Shown here one piece after another: positions 41,301 to 54,600 of a DNA stretch of 64,000 nt (position 1 is the stretch's first letter; every line of letters starts with the position of its first letter). Location: assembly GCF_036588685.1 (NCBI RefSeq), contig NC_086386.1, positions 40,796,001-40,860,000 of the forward strand, read 5' to 3'. Under the pieces are notes generated by a model that did no database searches, was not told the DNA's origin, and saw only the letters and a list, made by a program, of their open reading frames with translations. The position numbers were made by a program, and so were the translations under genes. Source of the stretch: Mytilus trossulus. Taxonomy: Eukaryota.

Positions 41301-41905
41301 TTGAACGAAAAAAACTGATGATGAGGACAGGGACTTTTGTGAATTGATATCGAATTTGACAATCAGGCAACACAAGGTGTCACAGATGAGAGTGACGTCT
41401 TCAGCTCAGTTGTTTGCAGTTGCTATCCTGAACCCTGCGGTTTTGTAATACTCAATGCAACGATGGTGCATAAACATCTGCAGGATTAGAGAATATGTGC
41501 ATGCCTGTCTCGAATACATCCAATGGCTGAGACGGGAGCCAAGCAAAGATTTAGTAAAAGAAGCATAATGCATGTTGGGTGTCATATGGATTCTGGTCAT
41601 TCTCTTGACCATATATTGATTATATAAAATTGTGACACAAAATTTCGCAAATTGTCTGAAGAAGTCTGAAGTCTTATCTCTGTCAGTATCAGACATAAAC
41701 ATTCCAAAACAACCGTCAGACTGAATTTTAAAACTAAAGTAAATTGTTTTAATGAAATGAAATTTTGTGTTAACTAATAATGCACAAGTTTAACATGTTA
41801 AGCCTAATCTTAAGACTTTGCAACTATTGTGTTTATGTGAGAGACAGTGTATTATAATTGGGTTTCTTCTAACCATCCTTTGGCATCCAATGTGGCACCT
41901 GCCAT
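26374..41905 (-). CDS. TDRD3: Tudor domain-containing protein 3 (OB-fold, UBA, Tudor, C-terminal EJC-binding motif), 13 coding exons, about 820 aa
   Basis: Phase-consistent exons 41905-41874, 40605-40524, 40224-40159, 37398-37238, 34510-34369, 33876-33771, 33608-33469, 32999-32771, 31818-31690, 31215-30209, 29000-28932, 27865-27764, 26571-26374. Motifs: [66 protein letters not shown], Tudor [37 protein letters not shown]. Confidence 0.95.
27269..27411 (-). repeat. Decayed long hairpin (palindromic element)
   Basis: CAATATTAGGTCA.TGTC.GAAAA..AAAACT.G.GAAGGG is the reverse complement of CCCTTC.CAAGTTTT..TTTTCTGACACTGACCTAATATTG. Confidence 0.65.
28378..28630. mobile_element. TTAA-type MITE
   Basis: TIR GGTGGGACCTAACACT / AGTGTTAGGTACCACC; flanks TTAA/TGAA. 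Confidence 0.8.
29930..30200. repeat. Fold-back of about 270 bp at the 5' end of TDRD3 intron 10
   Basis: TGCATTGA.TGTGTAGGCAAAGG..ATATCTTTGGT.AGCTTG (29942-29982) is inverted at 30146-30187; inner arms GAAGTCAT..AGGTAAA and AGTC.TACAGA also pair. Confidence 0.75.
30800..30978 (-). repeat. Coding minisatellite in TDRD3 exon 10, about 3.7 x 48 bp
   Basis: Encodes [16 protein letters not shown] repeats. Confidence 0.92.
31525..31635 (-). repeat. tRNA-derived SINE head fragment
   Basis: Minus strand GAGGTTGTGAGTTCGAACC (B-box-like) without a cloverleaf; similar decayed piece at about 16890-16990. Confidence 0.5.
34855..35412. mobile_element. TTAA-type MITE (Kolobok-like)
   Basis: TTAA on both sides; TIR GGTGGCTCGGGCCTATT / AATAGTCCCGAGCCACC. 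Confidence 0.88.
35915..36100. repeat. Local direct repeat, 2 x ~60 bp, 120 bp apart
   Basis: TATATGGTTTAGGG.TGGGGATCTCA..GTTT.CAAGTTCTCAAACAG occurs twice. Confidence 0.8.
37922..38198. mobile_element. PIF/Harbinger-type MITE
   Basis: TAA target duplication; termini GGCCATG.AAAA / TTTTCCATGGCC; internal GGTTTCCC / GGGAAACC. Confidence 0.75.
38324..39308 (-). mobile_element. Helentron-like element with ~5 x 168-bp internal repeats
   Basis: Unit marker CAAGTGTTC at 38404, 38571, 38739, 38907, 39075; (GACG/GACT/GACA)n microsatellite 39219-39262; subterminal ATACCCCCGC / GCGGGGGTAT; A-rich ends. Confidence 0.82.
39337..40060 (+). mobile_element. Two adjacent copies of a hairpin element family in TDRD3 intron 3
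   Basis: Palindromes 39337-39494 and 39592-39763 share arm sequence (TATCAGGTT.TCTGCATGTTGATA..GTAAAATATCAGCT); an approximately 45-bp segment is duplicated at 39960 and 40013. Confidence 0.65.
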
Positions 41906-42690
41906 TTTCCAACCTCCTTGATTTTAAAACAGCAATTTTGATTGGTCAATTTGGAAATATTGGAATATCCCTTTTTTTTTTACTTCTTTTTTCTGCACTT
42001 CATTCTTACAATATTTATTTGCGAATAACTTCAAATACGTCTGAGAAGGATACAATAAAGAAATTGAAAATGGACTTAGATGAAATAAGAAATTTTATGC
42101 AGAATCTAAAAATAGTAAACAGTGCCGAAGTGAAGATGCAAGCGTCATTCCCATTGGACAAAATTTTGGGAGTATGATATGGCGGATAGTGAATCACAAA
42201 AAAGTGTGTCAAAACACAATGAATGGAAGTTCTTTTATATTCAAGTGTTAAATACTGCAGCAACTATTGACAGCAAGATTTTGTTATAAACGGTTAAATT
42301 ACCTTCATTTTCAAATAATCCCTTCAAGTTTTAATCTTTGAAAATTAATGAAACTTCACCAACAACAGATTCGTTCAAATCAGTCCAGCTCTAAGATTCA
42401 AATGGACTCAATGTCTTATATGACTTAATGTCGTATGTTTACATGCGGTTTTGTATATCGGAGGAAGTGTATACTTGAAATTAAACCATGGACAAAAAAG
42501 ATATATCCAAACGGAACAGTATTGTAAGTATATAGCACATGTACACTACTATTTACTGTGTTGTTTCCCCTCTGACATTCAGGAAGTTAGCTCTTTGACA
42601 AGACAAATACACATTTATGTTCCTTTAACATCATTGGGGTACACAGTATCACAATTTTTATTATATTGTTGACAGTAATATTGATTAAAA
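41906..42690. promoter_or_regulatory. Putative bidirectional promoter between TDRD3 and DIAPH, including a probable non-coding DIAPH first exon
   Basis: Divergent start codons 786 bp apart. ATTGG at about 41941 and 42153; GGAAGT (ETS-like) at about 42225, 42463 and 42581; donor GTAAGT at 42524 and acceptor AG at 42674-42675 just upstream of the DIAPH ATG. Confidence 0.6.
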
Positions 42691-45600
42691 ATGAGTGATC
42701 AGGTTGTTCCCAAGAAGGACCAACAGAAGAGAAAATCATTCAAGGTAAAGGATTTTTAAAGTATAAATAGGTAACAAATTACAGTAAAGTTACAAAATGT
42801 ACCTGCAGGAAGAAGAAATCAGAAACTACAGGTAGGCATGCAAAAAAAACACTTATATATGCGAACAACTTAAATACAATTGTAGACATAATTATCATTC
42901 AAATGATATACATGATGATTAGGGTACAGCTTTCAGTGTATACAGTAGCCAGTGTAACATAAATTTACATGTAGCTGCAGAACCGTAGCTCTTAGGTCAG
43001 ATCTTAATGATGTTTTTTGACAATTTGTGACTAAATGTCAGAAACTAATGCCAGGACCTCTCACCTAAGCGCTACGATTCTACAGCCATGGTAACATTGA
43101 TAGACCATTCTAAAATTACTGACTTTAATTTTGAATTCAATTACCCGACGTATATAATTTTTCAACCGTTAACAAACTTAGTGGTACACATAAGACATTC
43201 TAATACATGTTTAAAATTATGAGAAAGAATCTTTGAATAGCAAAAAATGATCCACAAGACAAGATCTACAAAACATGACAAATAAATCAATATTGCCATA
43301 ACTGTTGGTAAATCTTCATACACATGATACATGTAGGAGTTATTACCCTTACATATGTATTCAATAATTTTAATCATTTAGGCCAAACAAATAAATAATA
43401 CAAATGTAAGCCATGTGTTTTCTTTCTTTTAAAAAATAATAGGGTATATGTAGTACATACATGTAGTAAGTTACTGAACATACATGTACATCTGTTAGGC
43501 ATGGTACAATGTAGGTAATCATATTATTTTTTTCAAACTTTATTTAGCTGGTTACTACTACATGTAGTATGGCTATACTTTATACTAGAGCATCAGTCTG
43601 ACTTCAACAGTGCTTGTTCTGAAATGGCATAAAAAGTGTTAGCACTAAAAATTAGGGTAGGAAGGGGTTAGCGGAAACACATGACATGTATTATTTTTTT
43701 GGCCTTAGCTTTGAACATATTGAATTCTGGCTTATAATCACAATAATTGATGGATGTAATGTACAAAAATGTAGATCTACAGAAAGTTTTACACCAAGAC
43801 CAGATTTTCCATGTTAATGAATTATCTGAAGTTGTCTGCCAACTCCGTAATGTCTTTGTGAAACAGCGGGAAACAACTACTATATCAAAGACTATTACAA
43901 ATGTAGGTGTTAAAAAATATCAACAGATTAATCTAGATCCAGTAAATGCATTAAGTTAAATTACTTGAAATGTATTATTATTTTGTTTACAGTTTAATAA
44001 AATTAAGGGAGGAGGAAAAGACAAAAAGGCACCAAACAAGTTACCAACACCCAGTGAGTCCGATGACACTAACGGTAATGCTTATGGATTCCGTCCAGAC
44101 ACTAGCCAATTGTCGGACAAGGAGGTCTTGGAAAAATTTGAGAGAATGCTGGTAAGTATACTTTTTTATAAATGTTGGCATGTGTCCTCAATATGTTCAT
44201 GATGTTAATAAACATTGATAAACTGGGTAAGGGTTGATGAACCAACACCTACAAGGGTTAAATTTTCTTTAAAAAATTAGTGGTATAATATATATGTACA
44301 TTTTTAAATCAGTCTTCACTGCTTACTTATAAAGCCAACTGAGAAGTATACTATGCACATGTATAAGATTTTAAACGACTAAAGGGGAAATTATGGAACA
44401 TCACAATCAAGAAAATGAAAATGAAAAATTTGAAAGGAAATTTTTTCTGGTTTGTTTGTAAATGTAATTTAGTATATATATCATATGGATATTACCATGT
44501 ATAGGAAATTTTTATTTTGTGTTATAAAAATTACATCGTTCACTATCATGACTATTTTTGTTTATCAGATGATTAAACAATACATATTACAGGTTTCCCA
44601 ACCAATCCTTATTCTGAACCTTAATAAACGTTTTTAATGGCAAAAATAAGGATTTCTTTAAAAAAAATGTTCACTAATAAAAGGCAATATAATATATACA
44701 TGCATTCATGATATATATTTTCAAGTTGTATATGTAACCACAAATTATTTCATCAAAATACCTGATTGCATTGATGAATATTCATAAGAAGGAAATCCTA
44801 TTTTATATCAGGGGTGGATCCAGTCACTTAAAAAAGCTGTGCTTTCTAACCCAGGACAAAAGGGGTGTGTGTGTGTGGGTTCAAACTACAATGTACATGT
44901 CCCTATTCAAATGCATTGACCCCCCGGCCCCCCTAAAAAGGGGGGTTCCAACACCCAGACCCCTCTCCCCTGAATCCGCCACTGCTTATCTAAATACAAT
45001 GAATATGCGTGTATTGTTAAAATGAAATGTGTAGATCATGTAAAAGTGGTGTTTTATTGTGGTTTTTTTTATGAAGTTTACCTTAAATCTGCAATAAGAG
45101 GGTAACAGTTTTTGCAACCAAAATTTACACAAATCCCTTATTTATATACTTTATCTACAAAACAAACATAGATATTATAAACAAAAAAATAATGACTTTA
45201 ATAAAAAAAAATAGGTGTTCCAATTTGTGTATCTATGTTATAATTGAAAAGGAAACTGTGTGATAACAACAGCAGATTTAGTTTCACCTCTGAAGGTTTA
45301 TCAAAGGACTTAAACATGTTCATGATATTAAAATTATGAATTATATTGAATTGTTGGAAAACATCATTTGAATAAGATTTCTTTGCAGTGTACATGTCAT
45401 GCATGTACCATGTAAAGGGTAAATCAATCTAAACTGTCACATGACAACAAACTGACCTTTTTTAAAAGGATCAAAACTTAATCAAGATTTCCAAAGAGTT
45501 TTTCACACTCCAAAAAAAGTCGTGATAAATTTCAGCTATTGAATATGTATTTCTTGCAGACTTTGTTATAGCACTTAATAAGGAATTAGAATTATTTACT

Positions 45601-48600
45601 TAGCTTATGAAAAGTAAAAGAACAAAAACTGTGAAGCAGATTCTCTGGGTATAGGATTTTCTCGCTACATGGAAAACCCGTTCTTTAGGCCTAAATTGAT
45701 ATATTGTTTGTTTCCCCAATCCCGACCCTGCCAAGCCAGGTGTGGGTAGGTAGGTAGGGAAATAATTTTATTGTTCTAAAAAGCTTGAACAATATTGTAC
45801 AATCCCGCAAGCCAGGAAATTGGAAATGAATAAAATATAATTTCACTTAGTTTTGACAATAAAATTTTATGAGTAGCTCTGTTTTTGCAGGGTCGGTCGG
45901 GATTGGGGAAACAAACAATTTTTTATTTTAGGCCTTATTGTTCACAATTTTGGATTTAGAACATTTAGAACAGATAAGTTGACAAATAATATAATTAAAA
46001 TTTAAAATGACTCAAATGATTATTCACAGCAACACACCACCGTTGACATGGTTGACCTACATGTATATGTACAGTGTACAAGTACATGCCTCTAACCAGA
46101 TCTATATACATTTTGTTGTGAAAATAAATATTCTAAACATGTTCAGTATAGGTATACCACTTGACCTTAGATAACAACAATATTTCAGGTATTTAATAAT
46201 GCTGGGCAGTAGTGTTTACCGTTATCAAATGTGATATGATATCTGTTTGTTTAGATGGTACTAAGCCCTCAAATAAACATTACACTAAGTAATAGGTATT
46301 GGTCAGATGGCTAAACAGAGAACAGATGTAGAAGTGTTGATACTGTTTGTTTCTTTAGTAGTCTTTACAGCAAATATAAGTAAAAACATCAAAAACAAAA
46401 TCAGAAATTTCATCTAGTATAAATATCCCTCGTTTATTAATTAGAGGTTAGGAAAATACATTACATGTGGATATATAAATAATGATATTTTTTTTTATTG
46501 ATAAACCTTTGGTCAATTTTGGTATTTTTAATGTTTTTTGTGGTCTTAAACTGATTGAATCACTTCAATAATGATGTTCTGTGTAATGACTTGATAACTC
46601 TTAAACTAATCAATTTCAATGTCAAAGTTTGATTTGTTGTTTTTCATGACAAAATTGAGCTCATATTAAAATTTTCACTATGCTGTGTAGGAGTTTTGGT
46701 CCTTGATTTCTATGTTGTTGAAATCACTAAATGTCAGGATGACCCAGTGTGTGGAAATGTAAAAGTCTGGTGTTGCAGTCAATTATATAAGTACATGTAA
46801 CATGGCTGCTATAAATTTTTCGTTTGATAAAGATTTTAAGATGAACAATTTCATTTGACATGCCCAAGTGACCTTGACCTTATTTAAATGTTAAAGTTAA
46901 TGTTTTGTGTCTTTCTTTCCTAATTCTGTCAGTATCCCAGTTTTTATATGTAAAAGATCCTCATCCTTAGGTCTATTGACTCATTAAAATGTGGTCAGGG
47001 TCATTTAACCTTGACCTCATTTTAATTGTCATTGAATGAGCTTTATTCTATTGCCATTTATAAGGTTATAATGTCTCAAGCAATAAACTGTCTTGTTGAT
47101 TGTTGTTTCATTTGCAATCACACCACATCTCCTTATTTTTCGATTGTTTGTCACATTTGTATTTGTAAATATTTATTCCTCATAAATATTCAACAGTAAT
47201 TCAGACAATCATGACAATAGCAAATTTTATTGTTCAGTATGACAAAGATTTTAAAATGTTAATTTAAAGCAGCCCATGTTTGACAACTGTAAAACATGAA
47301 AGGGATATTGCACTACTGCACTAATGAACATGACATAGTTATTTTTGGTTAAATTCTTCAGGAAACATTATGTTGCTGTGCACATTTTGATACAAAATCA
47401 GAAGTGATTTGTGTTTTTTTTTGTCACTGATTGTTATTTGGTTGCTTTAATACATGTATGTGACTTTTACCATATATTTTTTCATAACTTTTCCTTTTAT
47501 TGACAATGATGTTTACATGTAAGATTAAAGTTTTGAAATACATAATGTGAAGTAACAACAGATTTTTCATGTCTAATATAAAACAAATTGACATTTAACA
47601 CCTTCTGTTTGCATTGTTACACAAGAAAATGAGGAAAATATCTTTGTACATGTAAACTAATGCCAAGGTCTTTTCAAGGACCATTAAAGTCAAATTTAAA
47701 TAAATTATTTTTAGTTTATATATATATGACAATACAAACAATATAAAATATTACGCAATGGGGAAAACTACTGCAGATCAGATAAGATATTGAAAAGATC
47801 AAAATATTGTTTATAAACCAAATGTCCAGTATATTGATCACAGATCAGACCTATTGTCATTATTAACATGTTAAAAGACTTGACCTGTTATTGGCAATCT
47901 GTTCACATCATCATGGTAGCTAAACACATGCTAAAAGGTCTTAATACATGAAATTTACATATACAGTACACCAGATAACATCTTCTGTAGTAGTATAAAG
48001 CAGAGTAAGAAATGACAAATCGTGATTGTCCATTTAATTTCATTTCAAATTTAAATTAAATAAATGATTTGAAGAATGTTGTTACCTCACTTGTAGTTAC
48101 GATTTGTTGCTTATCACATGTTATCAAGCGTTTTTGTTCAAAATTTATTGTTATCGAAAATGCATACAAGTATATATTGTGTATGTAGTCATCTATATAT
48201 ATAGAGTTTTTTGGTTTGTGAGTTTTGATATATAAATGTTAGTGCAAAAAGAAGGAATTAAATGAATTTCTCTTCTTCAAATTGCAAACTGTGAAATACA
48301 GACATCAAGAAATACAAGAAACCATGTACATATAATTAACAAAAGGTTATTCTTACATACAGGCAGTTTCTGTAATGAATTATCTGGCTGGTTCTTCCAT
48401 CTGTTCATTTATTTGCAAATTAAAAACAGAAAACTTGGGAACTTGAATGTATGTTATGTAAATGTTTTAAAGCTTAAGCCCCCCCCCCCCCCCCTTAAAA
48501 TATCACATTGAATAGTATCATTAAGATTCACAAAAAACTTATTTTGCATTCTTATCATTTCAAATTTGATACATGTATACAGAGTCAAAATTTAATTAAA

Positions 48601-51600
48601 ATTTTAGATATCAGTGAAAAATAAAATCCAGGTTATTGTATCATCTGCTTTACTGAATTTACCCATCTGCTTTACTGAATTTACCGTGGCTAAAACTTCA
48701 CAAGATTATATAAGTTTTTATTCTGATACATGTATATTGTCAGTTTCAGCAATATTGTATTTTTATTGATCAAATTTAGCTCTGTGTTAATTTTCACTTG
48801 TTAAATGGATTTCACACTTTCAGTATATGTTAATGACATCAGATGTAATAAACGACCTCTGACATCATAAATAACGTAAAAGATTAGAACTATATAGACT
48901 GTATGTAGATGGCAGGTCTTGGCAGATCTTTGGAAGGCGTTTACTTCATTCATAACATTTCTACACTTGACTGAATGACATTTATACATGTAGTTTGACA
49001 AACTTGGCTTATGTTGAAGACTGCATATTGACCTCATTATGTCTACTCTTGTTTTTATTGTGGAATCATTAATGTTAATTGTGCAATATATATTTTCATA
49101 TATAGGATCTGATGTTCAGTATTTGTTGTTTGTCATGTTTGTTGAAACGGTTCATAAGTGTTTTTTGCGTTTTTTGTTTTTTATACATATGTATAGATTA
49201 GATCATTGATTCCTGTTTGAATGGTTTTACACGTTGTCATTTTTGAGGCCCTTTATAGTTAGTGTCATTTTTTGGCCTTTTATAGCTTGTGTTGAGTGCC
49301 AAGGCTCCATGTTCAATTGTTGAAGGCTGTACTTTGACATATAATGGTTTACTTTTACAAATTGCCATTTAGATGGAGAGTTGTCTCATTGGTTATCATA
49401 CCACACCTTCTTAAACATGTATCTATCTTAGTATATTATACTGTCACATGACTGTCATGTGGGTTCAATTGGTAAAGAAAATGACATTTTCAAAATTTCA
49501 AAACAACTGTTTTGCTAATGAGACCTTTTAGAAACAATCCTTTGGTGATGAAATGAAAATGTGAAGTATATAATAAAATTGTAGAACTTGTATTATCCAT
49601 TCCCATGTGAACGAATCGACACTTAAAAAACATGAAAAGTAGAAATTTATGTATAGTCGCCAAAAAAAAAATCATAAAAATAAGGAAATCATTAGAAATT
49701 AATGCAAACTTTTTTAAGTTCATGTACAATTAATTGTACTTTTTGTAACAACTGTGTTACAAGGTAAATTGTTATACTTTAAATCGGTCAATAAAAGTAC
49801 TATTTCCTTTTATATTTCAATATCTCGACAATGTAAAACAATATTATAAAAGAGAAATACTTGTTAGGATTTTATTTATGTTTGGGGACAAATTAAAGAA
49901 GTAGAGACTTATCACATGTGTTTAGAGTGATGATTATATTTTACCCAGATGAGTTTCATTACAACACATATCTTTTTTGTAATGTGACATTTAATGTTTT
50001 GCTAGAATTGCCTGAAAGATTTCAAAGCAATTAACAAAGAAATCAGCATTACGTAATTATAATGTCTATTCCACAGAGACCTCGTACAATCCTTTCCAAT
50101 TGCTGTTGTCTTGTGAAAGTAATTACTTGCATATGTCATTGTATGTTAAGATATTAAATGCTGAGGATGTCTTGTAGACAAGTTTCTCTCCTCTTATCCA
50201 AGCAGAAAATGGCCTTATCTTTTTATAATGACCATTGACCACATTTTCTAGTTGTGCAATTTCTCAAATGACAGAATGTAGAATAACAAGTAAGATGTTC
50301 CACAGAAAAAAGATATATTGATTAAAAATACTTCAAAAAGGGGTTTGTAAAGAAATTGATTATCATTTCTCCACTGCTTTAACTTAAAAACAGAGTTGAC
50401 TGTCACACATTATTAAGTGAGAGGTCTAGCTAGCTTTAAAAAACTAGGTTTAATTAACTATTTTCTATAATATATACCAAGTCAGGAATACAGCAGTTGT
50501 TTTCCATTCCTGATATGTTTGCGCTTTTGATATTACCTTTTGTTTTACTTTCAATTATGAATTTTCCTTGAAGTGTGGAATTTAAAAAAAATAAATTACT
50601 CCTTTCTGTCATAATTGAGGATTTTATTAAATAGTAAAATTCTGATTAACTTTTGGCTGAGAATTTTTCAAACATGTTGATTTTACATAAGTGACTTGCC
50701 AAGATGAGCCTTTTAGCACTAGTGACTATTAAGACATTAATCCTCAAGGGGCTGTAGTGTTTTAATGGGACTGTGTGGGTTTTATAAACCTGAGATTTAT
50801 GGAAAATTGTTGAATGCTAGATAGTTAGGTAACATTTTGTAGGAACTGAATTCGTTAGAAAAAGTAGGACATGTAGGATGTGATTTACTATATCTGTAAT
50901 CATGGTAATATACTAGATTTATGATTTATACATTTTAAGGAAGCTATACGTTTATTTTTTGTCAGATGTACGCTTGAAGTAGCAGGTATTGTACTGATAA
51001 TTGAAAAGAAAGCAATATAAAAAAAAAAGTGATGAGGAAGAAATAAATGCCATGCACAATAGAACTCCACCCTTTGTGTATGTTGTAAATAATGGCGCTG
51101 ATGATAATAGCAGTTTCCTTACGTAAATATTATTGGCAGATGTTAGAGCACAAAATGATTGATCTCCCAGTTAGAGGCTATTTGAAGTTTAGAGGCTATG
51201 TTAATTTCCTGTAACAATTGTTGACAGTTTGGTATAATCTCCTGTGGAGTATCTAATTTATAAGTTTAAATGAATCAGAAAGAAGTCAACAATTGCAGAT
51301 ACTTGATTTTATTTGCAGATATTGCATCAGAATTAGCTATCTCCACTGCACTGATATTTAACAAAGTTACTCATCAGTTTATTTAGGATTTGAAGGAAGT
51401 TTTAAAAATTACATTCAAAAGAAATTTAAGATATATTAAAATTCAATATTATGAAAGAAAGGGAAGTAGGAATTTGGATTAGGGCCATGGGATACTCTAG
51501 TCTTTATTGTATGATAGTAAACCTTCAGTGTACTCCTTTGTATGATTTAATCTGGTATTTTTTTTCAAATTTCTTCATCATATTATTGTACTCAGAAAGT

Positions 51601-54600
51601 CACTATGCTATTTAAGTGAAAGTTTTCATAATATCACAAGGAACATGTTTTGGTCTCTAGCTTTAGATTTTCTCTTTATATATATTGGTTTGCTATCTGA
51701 TTGACATAAAATTGAGAATGGAAATGTCAGAGACTAACAACCCGACTAAATAGCAGACAACAGCCGTAGGCCACCAAAATGTATATTACTATATACACAT
51801 ACATAGTGTCTCCATTCATACAATTAATGAAATGGGGACCTATACTTTTACACTTCATTGACTTTGATCATGTGGATAAATTTTGAACATGTTGACATCA
51901 GTATACAGTATGCCATTTATATGGGGATCGGAACTTTACAGGCTCTGATCAAATTAGATCATTTTGACCTACATTATATGCTTTTGTAGGTCATTGTATG
52001 CAGTGTAAGTCTCAGGAGCCTTAATGACTTTTAAATTCTCTAGGCATGCAGTGGCCCATTATTAGATTCATTTTCAAGAAGTCACCGTGACCTACAATCC
52101 TATGACTTGGTGTAAGACTGCCTTGTGACAGTAAAACTATGTCCTTGAAAAGTTGTCTCTCTGATCTGTTAAATGCCTCATTAATTTCTATAAAGTTTAA
52201 CATCTAATATCATTTCCCTTATTTCATATTGATCATATTTCATTCCTTTTCATCTCTGTGTAAAATCTACTTTGATATATCTGTTTTAATTAATTGTAAG
52301 GTTAATCAAGCAAATATAGGGACATCACATAAACTTTTAAACCATGGCCTGTATATGTTTTAAGTTTCCTGATTCGTAGGACAAGCAAAGTATTGTACAA
52401 ATTACGATACAGAAAAAAAATATAACAGTAACAATTTGACAGCTTAAATGATAATATATCCGATTGTTGTATATTACGTAACAGTCTAAAGTTTAAACGC
52501 ACTGTTTCTGTATAATTTGATATTAGATATTATAATTTGATCTAATACTACTTATGTGTCTACAAATTACAGAATTAAAATGCCTTCCTTTTACTATTTT
52601 ATATAACAAAATTTAATTGGATTTTAAGCATCCAATAAATTTTGCTTTTGGCAATATACAATGATATATATGCATAATTTTTATTCCACCCAATGATGGC
52701 TTTATGTCACTTAACTTTGGAATATGAGATGGGAAAGAATTCTGAATTTAAGAAATAAAATGTAACCTTAGATGTGTAAATGACTTGCACAAAGTTTGAA
52801 ACACCTTTTTATTCATCTACCATGTTGAATTTGCACGAACAGTTCTTATTTTTATTGCCCATCGTGGGGCATTAAGTTTTCAGTCTGTGCATCCATTCCT
52901 TCGTCCATCCATCTCAAATTCACAATCCTCTGAACATTGTTTTAAACAGTATGAATTGTATATTAAGAAATCACCTTATTATACTATTCGATGTTTTATA
53001 TATTTAATGTAATATTAATTGTACTTGATACCTATAAACTGTATATATTGCTTTAGGAATAAAGTGTATAAATAGATAAATAGTGCACCGGGTGGACAAA
53101 ATAGAAAATGATAGTGCAAGTGAGGCATCCATGTACTATGGACACATTCTTGTTCTGTAGTTCTTATTTTTCTCTCTTCATTCTAACCGTCCTACTCTTT
53201 TTTTCTTGTTAGAAATATGTATCTGATCTGGATCTTAAGCAGATATCAATTTAAATCAACTTTGCTTTTCTTTCCACCATTCCACAGTTTTATTTGCATT
53301 TGATAAATCAAAAGGTTTTTCTCTCTTCTCTTGTTTCTTTCTGTGCTTCATATGCTTAATCATCTTTTATCACTTTGTTTTATAAACATGCTCTTTAATC
53401 AAATCATGTCTTTTTCATTTATAATTGCTTAAGGGATGTAACCATATTCTGGAGTAAATTTTTTCACCTATGTCATTAAAACTGTAAAACGTCAAATATT
53501 TAAGACAATTTTAGGAAAGAACTTCCTTAAGATAAAAGAACTATAATCAACTTGATGTAAGAGAAGTTTTAATTTGAAAAAAAAATCTACTACTTCAAAT
53601 AAGATTAAATAATATTGTGATTTAGAGTTACAAGGATGTTTTTCTAAAAACAACAGTTCTTTGTATAAAATTTTCTCTTTTAAGGGGGCTCGCGGGTCTA
53701 AATGATTTTTTTAATTTAATATAGGATTTCCCTATATTTTTCTATAAATGAACTTTATCTTTTACTTAATGGAAAAATGAAATAAAAAAATGGGGTCACC
53801 GTTCATTTACGCTCACAATCTACCTTTAAAAGAAGTATACATTTTTGTAAATGTCCTTTTTTTCTGTTGATATAATAGGAGAAATAGCGGTAATATCGAA
53901 ATAAAAAAAGAACTAAATTACAGAAATCGCTTAAATTTTACAATTATTTAGTTTATGTACAGCTTGTTCGAAAACAACAATAAAAAATATAGGTCACCGA
54001 TGATTTAAAAAAGATATTTCAATTTTATTGCCAAAATATGGCATTTTTGCACCAAAGGGAGATAATTTGAAGCTTTTTCAATGATATCTACATTTCAAAA
54101 GTCACCAGGGGTCAACACAAATTGATTTTTTGGAATGATTTTTGTATCATATGATAAAGTAACAACTACTTAAGGTAATTAATAAAATTTGTAATGAAAA
54201 ATAAATGTTTAATTTTTTTCTAAAAATCTTATACCCGCGAGCCTCCTTAAATGAAATAACAATAAATAATCACTCAACCATTAAATATAAACAGAAATAA
54301 TCAACACACTTAAACGAGACAGCAAACTAACGATACAGTATGAAAATAGATTACCAATGAGACACCTATTAGCAAGAGACATGGATAGCATGCATAGGAC
54401 AAGGATAAACAATGTATAAAAGGCTTTATTAATTTTAATTCAATGAACAAAACCGGTACAGAATAGTATGCAATGTACATGATGAAATGTCCTGGTAAAA
54501 AGAAAAATTAAGTGACCAATTTTAATAAAATGAAAAATAATTATGGCAGACAGCAATCAATGAAGCATCTTGGACACCATTGAATAACATGCTCCTTGCT

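Noticed and set aside
42179-42290. Short ORF MADSESQK.. in the promoter interval
   Set aside because: About 36 codons, no convincing donor and no recognisable homology.
42809-42831. Possible DIAPH microexon CAG|23 nt|GTAGGC
   Set aside because: 23 nt would frameshift, and the polypyrimidine tract is poor.
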